Source of the DNA: Octopus vulgaris
Lineage: Eukaryota
DNA: 64,000 nt
Assembly (NCBI GenBank): GCA_951406725.2
Contig: OX597820.1
Span: forward strand, 121,706,001 to 121,770,000
Direction: 5' to 3'
Shown: positions 25,024-39,094 of the stretch, piece after piece
Layout of the letters: each line of letters begins with the position of its first letter
How positions within the stretch are numbered: position 1 is the first letter of the stretch
Notes under the pieces: model-generated
The model's input: the letters and a program-made list of their open reading frames with translations, nothing else
Told to the model about the DNA's origin: nothing
Databases searched by the model: none
Position numbers and translations under genes: made by a program

Positions 25024-25029
<6 letters not shown>
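24881..25029. mobile_element. PLE-like terminal fragment with 31-bp-arm hairpin, between (TA)n tracts
   Basis: tttattatatagaaggagcttctacaggact / agtcctgtagaagctccttctatataataaa. The loop and right arm contain GAAAC-agttcta-GTC, the 3' half of an HHR. Confidence 0.65.
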
Positions 25030-25062
<33 letters not shown>

Positions 25063-25215
25063 GCAAGATTTTTTATGTGAAGTCGTGTGTTGAAACAGAT
25101 ATTGTTATAGAATGGTCATATTGCCAGTTTAGCCAATAAAAACACACGCACTATATATTTGGTGTTATTTTGCTTCAGTGATATTTATTTTTTACATTAA
25201 TCTTAATCTTATTTC

Positions 25216-25260
25216 GGCCAAAGTTCTTTCGTCACACTCCTGTGACCGCATCAGTGGTCC
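25216..25260 (-). ncRNA. Degenerate minimal hammerhead-like motif
   Basis: Minus strand: ggacca-CTGATGCG-gtcac-aggagt-gtgac-GAAA-gaac-tt-tggcc. Perfect 5-bp stem II but a non-canonical core. Confidence 0.45.
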
Positions 25261-25466
25261 TTTGTTTTCTTCTCACTTACTTGTGTCTCTCCTTACTAAC
25301 CGTCAGCCATTTTGTATTTCTATTGTATGTCTTCATTTGCGCATGCTTATATCTCTATGTGCGTCTATGTTTATTTAGTGTGTGTGTGGGGGGGATGCCT
25401 GTAATATTTGTATCTTCTGGTTATATACATTCTTGTAATTTGTATTTTGTTTTTGCATATATGAAT

Positions 25467-25694
25467 GGCGAGTTGGCAGAGACGTTACCACGCCGGGCGA
25501 AATGCGTAGCCGTATTTCGTCTGTCGTTACGTTCCGAGTTCAAATTCCGCCAAGGTCGACTTTACCTTTCATCCCTTCGTGGTCGATAAATTAAGTACCA
25601 TTTACGCACTGGGGTCGATGTAATCGACTTAATCCCTTTGTCTGTCCTTGTTTGTCCCCTCTGTGTTTAGCCCCTTGTGGGTAGTAAAGAAATA
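25467..25694 (+). mobile_element. tRNA-derived SINE family A
   Basis: ggcgagttggcag..gagttcaaattccgcc..cttcgtggtcgataaattaagtacc..ccccttgtgggtagtaaagaaata. Confidence 0.9.
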
Positions 25695-25705
25695 TATATA
25701 TATGT

Positions 25706-25737
<32 letters not shown>

Positions 25738-26016
25738 GAGTATGGAGAGAGTGAGAGAGAGAGAGAAAGTAGAACATATTCACCGAGGAAACGTAATAAT
25801 ACCTAAACATGCTCCTGTCTTTCACCAGTTAGTTTTAAAGACCAGATCCATTCAAATCTAGTTCGACTTCATTGCCAAAAAATGTCCATCAAATGCTTTC
25901 ATTTGAGTTATTTCCCTTAATCGCTGTTACATTCAAGGACACACTTATCGCCAAATGACTGTTTGAATACCCTCCCCAAATAGAAGTTTTACATGACATA
26001 CAGTAAGTACTACGTG

Positions 26017-26445
26017 GGATCTTTTCGGTTTGAACGGCAGTTTTTATAGTGGTGTCTTATGAAATTGTCACCCATAATTATGACCCTAGTATCGATCTAT
26101 TGCATTTCAATCTATTTTAGGGTTAGGGTTAGGGTTAGGGTTAGGGATGGGGGAAGGGTATCTTTTTTTCTTCACAAATGTAAATAAACCCAATCTGTTT
26201 CTTAAATGAATGACATATTCATACGGCACAGAATGTTTTTTTACCTCAATAGACGTTATTGATTGGTTGAAATTGCAGAAATGGAAGAAAAGAAAACAAC
26301 TCATATCTTACAAGCTATAGAATTTTCTCAATAAAGCCAAGAGAAAAAGATGTTTTATAAACACATTCTACCAGTATACGAAGTTTAAAATGTTTTAGTT
26401 ACCTAGAAATTATGTTAGAAACTGCCGTTCAAACCGAAAAGATCC
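26017..26445 (+). mobile_element. MITE, Merlin-like (copy 4)
   Basis: TIRs ggatcttttcggtttgaacggcag / ctgccgttcaaaccgaaaagatcc. TSD actacgtg/actgcgtg. Internal (TTAGGG)5. Confidence 0.9.
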
Positions 26446-27051
26446 ACTGCGTGTGTGAGACCTTGCTCTGTTGCTATACGGCACATGCTTTCATGTGTTG
26501 CTACAGAGACTGGGTATGTGAGTATATGTTTGTCTACTGTGTGGTTGTGTGTTTGTGTGTGTGTGTATTGCATGTGCTTGCTGACGTATTTGTCTACATG
26601 TATGCCATTGTTATTTCGTACATCAAGTTCCTATTGTTTATGTGCGTGTGTGTGTGCGTGTGTGTGTGTGTGTGTGTGCGCGTGTGTGTGTGCGTGTACA
26701 TAGATATATACACTGTTGTTTATATGTTTATTTGTGTTTTCGTTGTGTTATATGGCAATGTGTGAACGGTGATTTATGACATTTTCTGTATATATTTATT
26801 TAACGCCTCCTAAACCTCTGCCGTTCTAGCGGTATGTAAATATGTGCTTGTGGTAAGCGAATATGTATGTGTCTGCCTGTGTATGAATATGTGCACCCGT
26901 GTGTAAATGTGTGCGTTGGTGTGTGTTTGATTTTGACTCATATGTGTATGCCGCTATGTAATCGTGTTTTGCTAGAGGTGAGATCAACAGCGCGAATGTT
27001 TATTGTTTAGAACGAGGCGGTATTTGATGTTTATACATCGCTGTATGTGTG

Positions 27052-27090
<39 letters not shown>

Positions 27091-28100
27091 TACCATGCTT
27101 TTTGATTCTTTGGATTCTTTCCATGAAGAAAGAGCTTATTTCTAACAAAGAAATAAAGCTATACCACTGGAATTTAGATAACAATGGTGATGAGTTACAC
27201 GTAGAGTTTTAGAAAAGTCTTGCATTTTTCAAGGCTCTCCTTACAGATTACATTTGAAACATTCCTATAAGCTGCTCATTTTCTTTATTCGAAAACTCCA
27301 GATTTTCGCGAATGGAACTTAAATATTTCGTAACATATTCAAGTTCACTTACAATTACGTAATCCAGCTTTTCAAACTCTCAGGTTTATCTGTATCTATT
27401 CTCTTTCCGGCTGGTTTTAAACTAACCTCTCGTACCTTCAGGGCAACTAAAAATAAATAGTTGTACGTAAGGATTCCGTTTTGACCCACACATCCGGCTC
27501 ACAACTGAAAAATTTGACGGAAGATTTAAGAGGATTCGTCCATTATACGCCTTATGTCGAAAAGCATGTTAATACCTGTAACAAAAGTATCTGTCTTTAA
27601 AAAATAATTCTCTCTCTCTCCAACTTCTGGTCAATTATTTTTCTATCAAGTAATGATACACGTCCTTTCCTCCGGACTATCTGCTCCTTTTTCCTTTTCC
27701 TCCTCTCTGGAATGTCCCTTCTTTCTAACGAAGAGCCATGCTCGAAACGTCGTTCTGATTTCCCATTTAAAACTTCCACTGATCGTATCAATCTAATATA
27801 TTCAATATATTCACGTCTAATTGAGGCCTGTTGTTTTTCGCAGTTTGTTTATTCTTGATTTGCCTGAACAGGCAAATCAAATAACCATGTCTGAGTTAGT
27901 GCGGGGGTATAAATGTAGAAGTTTATATACTTGCAAGAATGCGTGACCTTGTATATCTACGTATGCAGATATTCTTTTACATATTTCAGTCACTTGACTG
28001 AGGCCATGCTGGAGCACCGCCTTATGTATGGTTTTCTGATTTTGCTTTTCAATTCTTCTCAAAACGCGTCGGTGTGGCTGTGTGGTAATAAGTTTGCTGT

Positions 28101-29481
28101 TGTAAGGGACCATGCGGTTCGAGGTGACGAGAATGGCTCTTTAGTACATCACACGGTCGATACAATAAATATATAACTGAATCTTACATGTAAGTGCCAG
28201 AGAGAAAAAGGAGAGACAACCGCGTAGAATGAAGAAGAGAACATTTATTGATATGTAAACATGAGTGTGTGTCATGTATGGAAGCACTCCGTCGGTTCCG
28301 ACGACGAGGGTTCCGGTTGATCCGAATCAACGGACCAGCCTACTCGTGGAATTAACGTGCAAGTGGCTGAGCACTCCACAGACACGTGTACCCTTAACGT
28401 AGTTCTCGGGGATATTCAGCGTGACACAGAGAGTGACAAGGCCGGCCCTTTGAAATACAGGTACAACAGAAACAGGAAGTAAGAGTGAGAGAAAGTTGTG
28501 GTGAAAGAGTACAACAGGGATCACCACCATCCCCTGCCGGAGCCTCGTGGAGCTTTAGGTGTTTTCGCTCAATAAACACTCACAACGCCCGGTCTGGGAA
28601 TCGAAACCGCGATCCTACGACCGTGAGTCCGCTGCCCTAACCACTGGACCATTGCGCCTCCACGTGTCATGTATACATAATTATAGACAGACCGTAGTGC
28701 GAACGAAGGGTATGTGTGCGCGTAAGCATAGATGTATGCGCGTGAGTTAAGTATATATTAGAATGGCAATGAAGAAGAAAAACAGTGAAAGAGTCTATAG
28801 CCATCGGAGAAATTCATAGACACAAGGAGGAGGCTACCAATTCGTAGTCAATTGTACACGGTAGTTGAAATACTGTATCAAGAAGTTGCGGCCATGATGC
28901 TGAGGCAGTTGCAGGTACATATCGTATGTGAAGTCGTGGATGTGATGCTGATGCCTGAGTCACTTAATACAGGAGTTCTTGCAGGTTGTATTTTCGCTGT
29001 CGATCCATGGTGAAGTAATTCGCGAACAGTGAAGCGTTAAAACCTGAGCGTGTTACTTGTCGAGTTGTGTACGTAGAGAGATGATGGTGGCGACGTTAAG
29101 AAGATGATGGTGGCGAAGAAGACGGAGGTTGCCGTAATGTTGTTGGACGAAGTTGGTAAGTCTCAATATGGTTGCTGTGGTGTCATCGCTGGAACTGGAT
29201 GTGTCTTGTGTGGTCAGTGGCTTGACCTAAAAAGTTCTGGATCCGAAAGACTTCGAAAGAAGGAGAATGTCTCGCGTGATTGTATTTAGAGGCTCCGATT
29301 GATTATACGCGGCAAAGTGGCGCGACAGAGTAAGAGACAAATTGCGCCAATACCAACCAATCAGAGTAGTGGACGTAACGGGGTCAAAATAGCGGCCAAA
29401 GGCTAACAGTTACCCGCTACGTTCGAATGCACACATATATAATAAAGGAGAGACAGGAATTTCGCTCGAGTGCACGCTACA
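28101..29481 (-). mobile_element. Probable solo LTR (TG...CA, 4-bp TSD) inserted in a family B SINE
   Basis: Begins tgtaag and ends gctaca, flanked by ctgt (28097-28100 and 29482-29485). It splits a SINE B head (28066-28100) from its body (29486-29752). About 1 kb once the nested SINE is removed. Orientation is inferred from a minus-strand aataaa near 28245. Confidence 0.65.
28280..28663 (-). mobile_element. tRNA-derived SINE family C, full length, with 11-bp TSD
   Basis: Reverse complement of ggaggcgcaatggtccagtggttagggcagcggactc... TSD gtgtcatgtat at 28269-28279 and 28664-28674. Confidence 0.9.
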
Positions 29482-29601
29482 CTGTCACACCACACCATTC
29501 CGGGTTCAGTCCGACTGCATGGCACCTTGAGCGAGTGTCTTTTACTACAGGCCCAGAACGACCAGATTTGTTAGAGAGCAACTGAAAGAAGAACATTGTA
29601 C

Positions 29602-29649
<48 letters not shown>

Positions 29650-29668
29650 TGAGTGTAAGTGTGTGTGT

Positions 29669-29707
<39 letters not shown>

Positions 29708-30845
29708 CACAGAAGCATTGCAGTGACTGAAATAAGTCACAAATAAAAGGAATAAGTCGGTTCTCTAGCAAATAAAGAACTTTCTGTGAATGGAACGTTG
29801 GCAGTGGGTGGGTTCTTTCTATTTCTATAGAACCTAGTTTCTCACGATTGGTAACTGAAGTTATTATTCACGAATCCAAGTGCTCTAAAATTTATTAATT
29901 GATATCAAAGCATGTAGTGCAGATGAAATCTCAGCAGATTCCTCGACAGCTCGACAAATCTTTAACCTTATGTTAACATCTGCTGCGAAAATGATTTCAA
30001 CTACTGTGAAGAGTATTTATATTTCCGTCGCAGATCATTTTGTCTGCTCTATTTATGGCTGTCAGTCAGTATGGTACATAGAACTCTGCGTTCATTGTTG
30101 CTTTGAACAGGTTGACGTGGGTTTTCTGTACCAATAACCAACTATCACCTCTCTCCCTGGTGATTTTCTTTTCGGCACTTTTGCAACAACAGTCAGGAGG
30201 TCTTTAATTACGATATTTTCTCGGCTTTCGTTTCCACTGTTCTCACTCCGTAGCTCATTTCACTAGGGTTGTTTAGTTTGTTTGCATGTATATACATTTG
30301 TATGTACATCTGTAAATGTGTATGCATGTATCTATGTATGTATGTTTCTTCTATTTTTTAAAAATTATTATAAATATTCCACTGAGGAGGGAGCTGGTTT
30401 CCAACAAAGATACAAGGCTCAATCTTTGGGATGTAGTTAACACAGACAATTTCACATTTGGAACTAGAGAAAAGTCTTGCATATTTTTACTGTTCCACTC
30501 ACAGATTGCACTTGTAAAGTACGAATTAGCCGATCGATTTCTCTTTCTGAAAATCCCAGTTTATCCAGATTCTTCCTTTAAGCATTTACTAACAAAACCT
30601 AGTGCTCCAATTATTATTGGTATGAATATGAATTCATAGTGTGGATATAGAAGCTGGAGGTGTCCATAGATATCCTCTTTCCTTTTGATGTATTTATGTA
30701 TGTATGTCATTATTCAGTTTATTTCAAGATATCTGGCCAATAGAGAAAGAACCGATTTCTAACCTAGATCCAGGGCTTCTTCGTTGGAATTTCTACATCA
30801 ACAACAGGGTATTTTTGCTTGTATGTATGTATGTATGTATGTATG

Positions 30846-30876
<31 letters not shown>

Positions 30877-31690
30877 GTATGTGTGTATGTATGTATGTAT
30901 GTATGTATGTATGTATGTATGTATGCATGCATGCATGCATGCATGTATGTATGTATGTATGTATGTATGTATGTATGTATGTATGTATGTATGTGTTATG
31001 TGTGTATGTGTGAGTGTATTTGTGTGCGTAATAAATTCCGAAATATAAAGAGAATTTATTATAATTTACAAAATGTAAACAGAGAAGTATGAAAGGAACA
31101 AGTGGAAAATTCATACACGAAACAGGATGTTGCTCATCTGTCGTAAGTTATTGTCTAAAATATCATTACAATTTCACACCTTCAACGATGATATTTGTCA
31201 CTTTTGGTGGCGTAAACAGCAATAAGTTCCTCGTAATAATAAGTGGACGTTGGGGGTCAGTGACGAAAGCAAATGTAAGTGTGTGTGTGTGTACGTATGT
31301 ATAAGGTTCAAAATTATGAAAAATAAATAAATAAATAAATAAAGAGCAAAAAAAAACCCAAATAGTTTGACGAGTAGGGAAGATGGAAGGTTTCACATCC
31401 GCGCCTGCTACACTACAGCTGGTGTACACATTTACAAGTTATTTGCACACACAGTCGCTGAAACGACTAGAAACAGAGGCTAAATCCCGCTTAAACACCT
31501 CGAAACAAAGAAAATACAACAGATAATGTTATAGAAGATATAGTGTTTAAAACTTCAGATGAGGTTGCCATGGGTGGAATGGTATTGTTCATAGGTATGT
31601 TGCATCAGAGACAATACGTTTTTTTCTTTTTTCAAAGATTGGCGACGATAACGACAACGCCGCCGAAATCATAAACAAAAGTTTTCTGTT

Positions 31691-31779
31691 CCGCCCCGCA
31701 CCACCCGCCCCGCGCCACCCGCCCCGCGCCACCCGCCCCGCACCACCCGCCCCGAGCCACCCGCCCCGCACCACCCGCC
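31691..31779. repeat. GC-rich 14-bp minisatellite (ccgccccgcRccac)x6
   Basis: Six tandem units. The minus strand is a G-run array with GGGGCGG boxes. Confidence 0.92.
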
Positions 31780-32095
31780 TCCTTCATCTTATCCTCCTCA
31801 TCATCATCAGCAGCCTAATACACACGTTCCGATTATGCGCGTGCGTCTTCATACCTGTATGTCCTCTATTACCAGGTTTTTCATTTTCTTTTCTACTACT
31901 ACTACTACTACTGCTGCTGCTACTACTACTAGGGTTTCCCCTTGCTCATTTTCAGTTCTTTCCTATTTCTCAACTTTTTGGATATAAAATTTTCCTTACA
32001 TGCATTATTTACTCATACATTCATCCGTTCCCACATAAATATATAGGAATATATAAAGACACATACACACACGCATCATCCTCGTTTACGTACGT

Positions 32096-33020
<925 letters not shown>

Positions 33021-33243
33021 GATAGAAAGGTAGCTGGCTGTGTAGGTTGGCAGGCAGGCAGGCATAACATTCAAGCATTCATACAATATTAGGCTTGGTG
33101 ACGCAAACAGGAAAAGTAGAAGTGAAAACATGAAAACATGATTATATATATTTTCTTTATTAATAATCTGCAAAAGTTTCATTGTGACTCATGGACGGAG
33201 AGTTTCGTGCATTGGCACTAATGAAACATAACATATATATATA

Positions 33244-33469
33244 GCGGCGAGCTGGCAGAAACGTTAGCACGCCGGGCGAAATGCGTAGCCGTATTTCGTC
33301 TGCCGTTACGTTCTGGGTTCAAATTCCGCCGTGGTCGACTTTGCCTTTCATCCTTTCGCGGTCGATAAATTAAGTACCAGTTACTCACTGGGGTCGATGT
33401 AATCGACTTAATCCGTTTGTCTGTCCTTGTTTGTCCCTTCTGTGTTTAGCCCCTTGTGGGTAGTAAAGA

Positions 33470-33473
<4 letters not shown>
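33244..33473 (+). mobile_element. tRNA-derived SINE family A, near-intact
   Basis: gcggcgagctggcagaaacgttagcacgccgggcg..ggttcaaattccgcc..gtgggtagtaaagaaata. Confidence 0.92.
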
Positions 33474-33507
<34 letters not shown>

Positions 33508-33581
33508 TTATCTATATCTATCTATCTATCTATCTATATATATATATATCTATCTATATATATATATATATATATATATAT

Positions 33582-33912
33582 GCATGGCTCAGTGGTTAGA
33601 GCGTCGAGCTTACGATCGTGAGGTTGTGAGCTCGAATCCCGGACCGGGCTGCGTGTTGTGTTCTTGAGCAAGGCACTTTATTTCACATTGCTCCAGTTCA
33701 CTCAGCTGTAGAAATGAGTTGCGACGTCACTGGTGCCAAGCTGTATCGACCTTTGTCTTTCCTTTGGATAACACTGGTGTCGTGGAGAGGGAGGCTGGTA
33801 TGCATGGGTGACTGCTGGCCTTCCATAAACAACCTTGCCCGGACTTGTGTCTAGGAGGGTAACTTTCTAGGTGCAATCCCATGGTCATTCATGACCGAAG
33901 GGGGTCTTTACC
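33582..33912 (+). mobile_element. tRNA-derived SINE family D with its own tail
   Basis: A box tggctcagtggttagagc, B-box-like gctcgaatccc, core ttcttgagcaaggcactttatttcac..ctcagctgtagaaatgagt. Confidence 0.85.
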
Positions 33913-33963
33913 CTTTTATATATATATATATATATATGTATATCTATCTATCTATATCTATAC

Positions 33964-34036
<73 letters not shown>

Positions 34037-34216
34037 TAAAAACGGTAAGATAACAAAAGAAAGAAAGAGACCTCGCTATTTTGTAAATAGAGGAATTTAT
34101 CTGTAAATGTATGTAACATGTGACAATTATTCGGTAGCCATTTATAACTTGGAATTCTATCACGTCCACCGAATAATTGCCATTATTACATTTACAGATA
34201 TATATATATATATATG

Positions 34217-34640
34217 AATAATAGTTATCGCCATACTAATATGGCATTCTTATAAAAATAAGAAAAAAAGCTGTCCGCTTATTAGCTCCATGAGGCCATC
34301 GCCTTAAGTTAGCTATTTGATACACAAACTGTATCCATATAACCTTCGAACAAGGGAGGTCAGTCGCTCCACACTACTTGACCGGCAGCTACAGACGCGT
34401 TTCGGGGTATTGCCCCTTTTCAATGCAGCGTAGCCAGCCAGTAGGTGTCGCTTCCGACAATCTCTGTTCGATGGTTTTATTTACCTAGTTTCGGTGGAAT
34501 ACATCCACTTGTTTTCAATAATAGAAATATTAAAATAACTAAGTCTCTCTAAAAGAGAACAGCGGCATGGAGCTAATAAGCGGACAGCTTTTTTCTTATT
34601 TTTATAAGAATGCCATATTAGTATGGCGATAACTATTATT
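34217..34640. mobile_element. Inverted-repeat PLE-like fragment (arms 34217-34292 and 34566-34640) enclosing an HHR
   Basis: aataatagttatcgccatactaatatggcattc...gctccatg and its near-perfect reverse complement. A TA tract lies upstream. Confidence 0.75.
34388..34429 (-). ncRNA. Minimal type I hammerhead with U3-A8 core variant
   Basis: Minus strand: gctgca-TTGAAAA-gggg-caata-cccc-GAAA-c-gc-GTC-tgtagc. Stem I gctgca/tgtagc, stem II gggg/cccc, palindromic acgcgt stem III. Confidence 0.7.
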
Positions 34641-34930
34641 TTCCGGGAACGCTTTTTTTAATTAATTAATAAATAAATAAATAAATTGATAAATAAAATA
34701 ATATATAAATATAAAAATATACGTACATATGTATATATAAATATATATTTGTATATACATATTTAAAATTTATAAGCTTAAATTATTTCAATAATTTTTT
34801 AATTTTTTAATTTTTAACTTTTATATTTTTTAATTAATTGTATGTATTGGCTTATGTTTTTCACTGTTTGATTTGCCTAATAGTGGTTTTATCTCTAATT
34901 TAATATAATATATATAAATAAATATATATA

Positions 34931-34968
<38 letters not shown>

Positions 34969-35286
34969 TATATGGGTACAGGACGTCACCAACTGTGTAA
35001 GCAAAATGCAGTACGAAAACAATCGAGATAAATACGCAAACAACGAGAGAAAGAAATGGAAAACAGGACAGATAACACAGAGAACGACCCTTCATCACTT
35101 GTCGGCTGTCTCTCTACTGCTCACTTCTAGCATTCAACGACAATATGAGTCTTCGAAGACAGCTGTTCCCATAAATTTCAAAATAAGATTTTGGATTTAT
35201 GCTGAGTCAAAGTTGGGAACAGAAACAGGACATTGGTGATATACAAGTTAACTAAACGACTGAACGAAAACAAGCAGAACATATAT

Positions 35287-35343
<57 letters not shown>

Positions 35344-35513
35344 CGTTAGCCACTACACACATTTTTCTCTCCTTTTTTCTGTGTCCCTTTGAATAGAAGA
35401 ACGTAGGCTCGAAGCGTAAAAAACTTTTTTTTATTCCTGAGCGTTATACTAATACATCTGTTTGTTTTGTACACCACCTGTCTTCGTCTTTTGTTGTTTT
35501 TTTCGTAAATTCT

Positions 35514-35553
<40 letters not shown>

Positions 35554-35889
35554 GAGAACAAAGAGGAACTTAGGTGGACAGCCAAGCCAACCCAAGATTC
35601 TCCACAATCAATCCCTATATGGATCAAACGCCTTCGTCAGGTCGACGGGAGCAGCGTAAAGGGCTATGTTTTGCTCTCTGCATTTTTCCCGTTTGTGTTA
35701 GAGGACAAAGATTATGCCTCTAATGCCTCGGCTACTTATATGTGTGTACGTGTGTGTTTGTGTATGTGAGTGTGTGTTTATGTGTATATGAGTGTGTTTG
35801 CGTGTGTGCAAGTATGTTTTGGGTGGGTGTGTACAATCATATTAGATATGTTCGTATACACCAGGACATGAAAAGACGTACGCTGCAGA

Positions 35890-35926
<37 letters not shown>

Positions 35927-36494
35927 AGCATCTTCTTATAGATAATATAGAAGTCATTCGTCACGGAACGGAGTCATCGTACCATACGACATAGTTATGA
36001 ATTACAACTTACTATCTGTAGCTTACGACATGCAATGAAGCAGAAACGCTTGCGCTTTTCGGTCCGATGAGGTTCTTCATAGGATGAAAGTTTGAATTTT
36101 TTAATAATGTCATTAATTAAGCACACATATTTAGAAGAGAAAGGCGGTGGCGAGTGTTAAAGGCATTTGAAAATATGTTAGGGCGTTTCATGCAATCGTG
36201 TAAGTTTCTAAATAAAGCATTAAAATTCTTTAATCTTCTTGTCAAGATGGCAGATCTTCTAACTCCATCTAGCTCCATGTTTCGCGAGTTTTACACCCTT
36301 AGTGGCTAACTTAAACGTTCCTTGTCGACCTGTTTATTATTCTTGTGTGGCGTCGCCTCGTAGGGGAGAATACAATTTTACGATAAACTCTAAAAACTGG
36401 AAAACATCTGTTAAATGAATGGATGGATGAATGAAAAAATAATATGCTTTAATGGTTGAGGAGGAAAAGCCATTGACAAAACCACAGCACATCG

Positions 36495-36532
<38 letters not shown>

Positions 36533-37787
36533 ACACACTGCATCATTACATTGGACGCGGGTCTTTCCTGGCCAGTTCTTGATGCCATTTCCTATCTTCG
36601 TCATTCTCATCATTGAGAAAGACCATTTTCCACCCATTCACCATACGAATATTTCGGCAGAGAGGTTCAGGGCCTTGATAACTTGGTTATAAATAGGGAT
36701 GAATAGGAAGTGGAAGTACAGATAGGGTCTCGAAAAACGGGAGACGAGAGGGAGCAGATTTTTGATATCAGAATCCTTAAGGAGAACGCCTAGATCTATA
36801 ATGGTATATTGTGAAAATTAATTTGATAATAACCAACGCATTGAATAACAGGCCACTACCAGAATAATTATTTTACCGGTGATGTGTGTGTATGTGTGTA
36901 TAACACACACTCACACACACACGTACTCATACACACACAGAAAGAGAGAGAGAGAGAGATTCCATCCATATGTGTGTGTATGCATGTATGTATATAATAT
37001 GATGTATATTCAGTGGAGCATGAAATAGAAAGTTTTGACTTACATTTTCAACAGCAGCTGGTCGTTTTTTTTTTCTCTTCTCTCTTCATGGTGTTTCGAA
37101 ACAATTAGTTTCTAACCCGTACAAAAAGTTTTAGGATCGTATTTTGAATGCTGTTTGTTCTGACGTTTAATTATGTCTATACAGGCAATTGTATAAAGTA
37201 TTCAATTCTATAAAGCTTCAACGAATGTTAACCTATGATGTGAGTCAGTGTCCAAATAGATTTTATACTCGCTCTCTCGTTTGAATTATATTTGATTCAA
37301 TTCAAATGTTTCTTCATTTATAACCGCCCAGATTTGTCTTGGATCGAGTAAATATCATACACACGGCTTCTGTATAGAATAACTACACCTTCCCCATCTG
37401 CGCTCAGATTTGTGTATGGATACACACACACAAACACATATTAACCCACAGAAGCTAGTAGATATACCGATACACATTCTCATGCACATACACAAATACA
37501 CACGAGGAAACACTGGTCTTCGAAGATTGAGTTGACCTGTAATATCAGTGAAGTTAATATTTGTGGATAAATAGCTTAGATATGTTTCGGTCAAAGACTG
37601 GCCCAGGCCAAATGAACTTATATAACACCAACTGGAGACACGTTTTAAAGTCAGTCGGCTATTGATATTGAAATATTTTCCCATTATACACCATTGTTTG
37701 TTACTGTTGATATATTTTAAGCCCTGGTCAGTCGGATCCTCGTGCAAGAATGTACATTTGTATATAATATACACCTATATGTGTATA

Positions 37788-38204
37788 GGCGTAGGAGTGG
37801 CTGTGTGGTAATTAGCTTACTTATCAACCACATGGTCCCGGGTTCAGTCCCACTGCGTGGCACCTTAGGCAAGTATCTTCTACTATAGACTCGGGCCGAC
37901 CAAAGCCTTGTGAGTGGATTTGGTAGACGGAAACTGAAAGAAGCCCGTCGTACACATATATATATATATATGTGTGTGTATGTGTGTGTATATGTTTGTG
38001 TGTCTGTGTTTGTCCCCCCCCCCCCAACATTGCTTGACAACCGATGCTGGTGTGTTTACGTCCCCGTAACTTAGTGGTTCGGCAAAAGAGACCGATAGAA
38101 TAAGTACTAGGCTTACAAAGAATAAGTCCTGGGGTCGGGTTGCTCGACTAAAGGCGGTGCTCCAGCATGGCCACAGTCAAATGACTGAAACAAGTAAAGA
38201 GAGT
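37788..38204 (+). mobile_element. tRNA-derived SINE family B, full length
   Basis: Colinear and near-identical to 44407 and 22835. Confidence 0.92.
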
Positions 38205-39094
38205 ATATGTGTTATTGAAGATCTGGTTATCTAGTTATCATAAATAGAAGCAACCGTTTATCATTGATTCCGGTGTTGTCTCGTTGTCTCTCTTTAAATA
38301 GAATCGATCTTTATCAAAGTTGACTTGAAAACAGTTTTTGATATTTATTCTTTCTTCAATTACTTGCTTCCATTTTCTGTCTGATGCCGCCACCAGAACT
38401 CGTTTTACAAAACCTCAAATAATGCAGAGTAAAGTCATTCTTATCGGGATTTGAACTAAGAACATAAAATAAGTACCATGGAATATTTTGTTTTTCTGCT
38501 CTTTACAACCATTAATATTCACAACAACAATAATGATGATAATAATGGCAATGATTTACATACTTTTAAAACATTCTGGCAGATTCGAACGCAGAATATG
38601 TCAGACGCCGTTGTGTAAGTCAAAGGAGAAGAACATTTCGCTTTAAAAATCTTTTCGTACTTCTCGATAAAAGCCCATCTACGTTTTCCTGGTGATGTCT
38701 CATAAATAGGTGAGCAAAACATAAGTTATTGTTTCTGATCTTGTTGCTAACGGCTTCATCGTTATACATTTTTGCGATTTTGAAAGTTGTTCTGTAGTTA
38801 TTTGGCCTTGTAAGTCTTTCTCTTTCATATTGTTTTAATTATTCTTTTAATAACTGTTTTCATGTCTGAAAAATATTTCTCTACTCTTTCTAACATTCTG
38901 ATGAAACATGAGTCTTCCTGCTGCTATTGTCATCTCAGTTCTAATGTATAAAGTTGCCAACAGTTTTTGCAGAAATATACTCAGTGAATGTAAACAAACA
39001 TGACGATCCTTGTGATGTAAAACAAGAAGAAAAAAAACTGGAGTAAAGGTTAAATCATAGCTGGAACCCTTTTGTTAGTTATGTAATATATATA

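Noticed and set aside
36545-36690. Short minus-strand open frame (..RNIRMVNGWKMVFLNDENDEDRKWHQELARKDPRPM*) as a possible terminal exon
   Set aside because: No recognisable homology and a weak acceptor. It would need RNA-seq support.
38215-38265. miR-9-like string tctggttatctagtt
   Set aside because: It does not match the mature miR-9 sequence fully, and the hairpin pairing is poor.
38895-38915. ctgatgaaacatgagtc, HHR-like
   Set aside because: The core elements overlap with no stem II or stem I. Likely chance.
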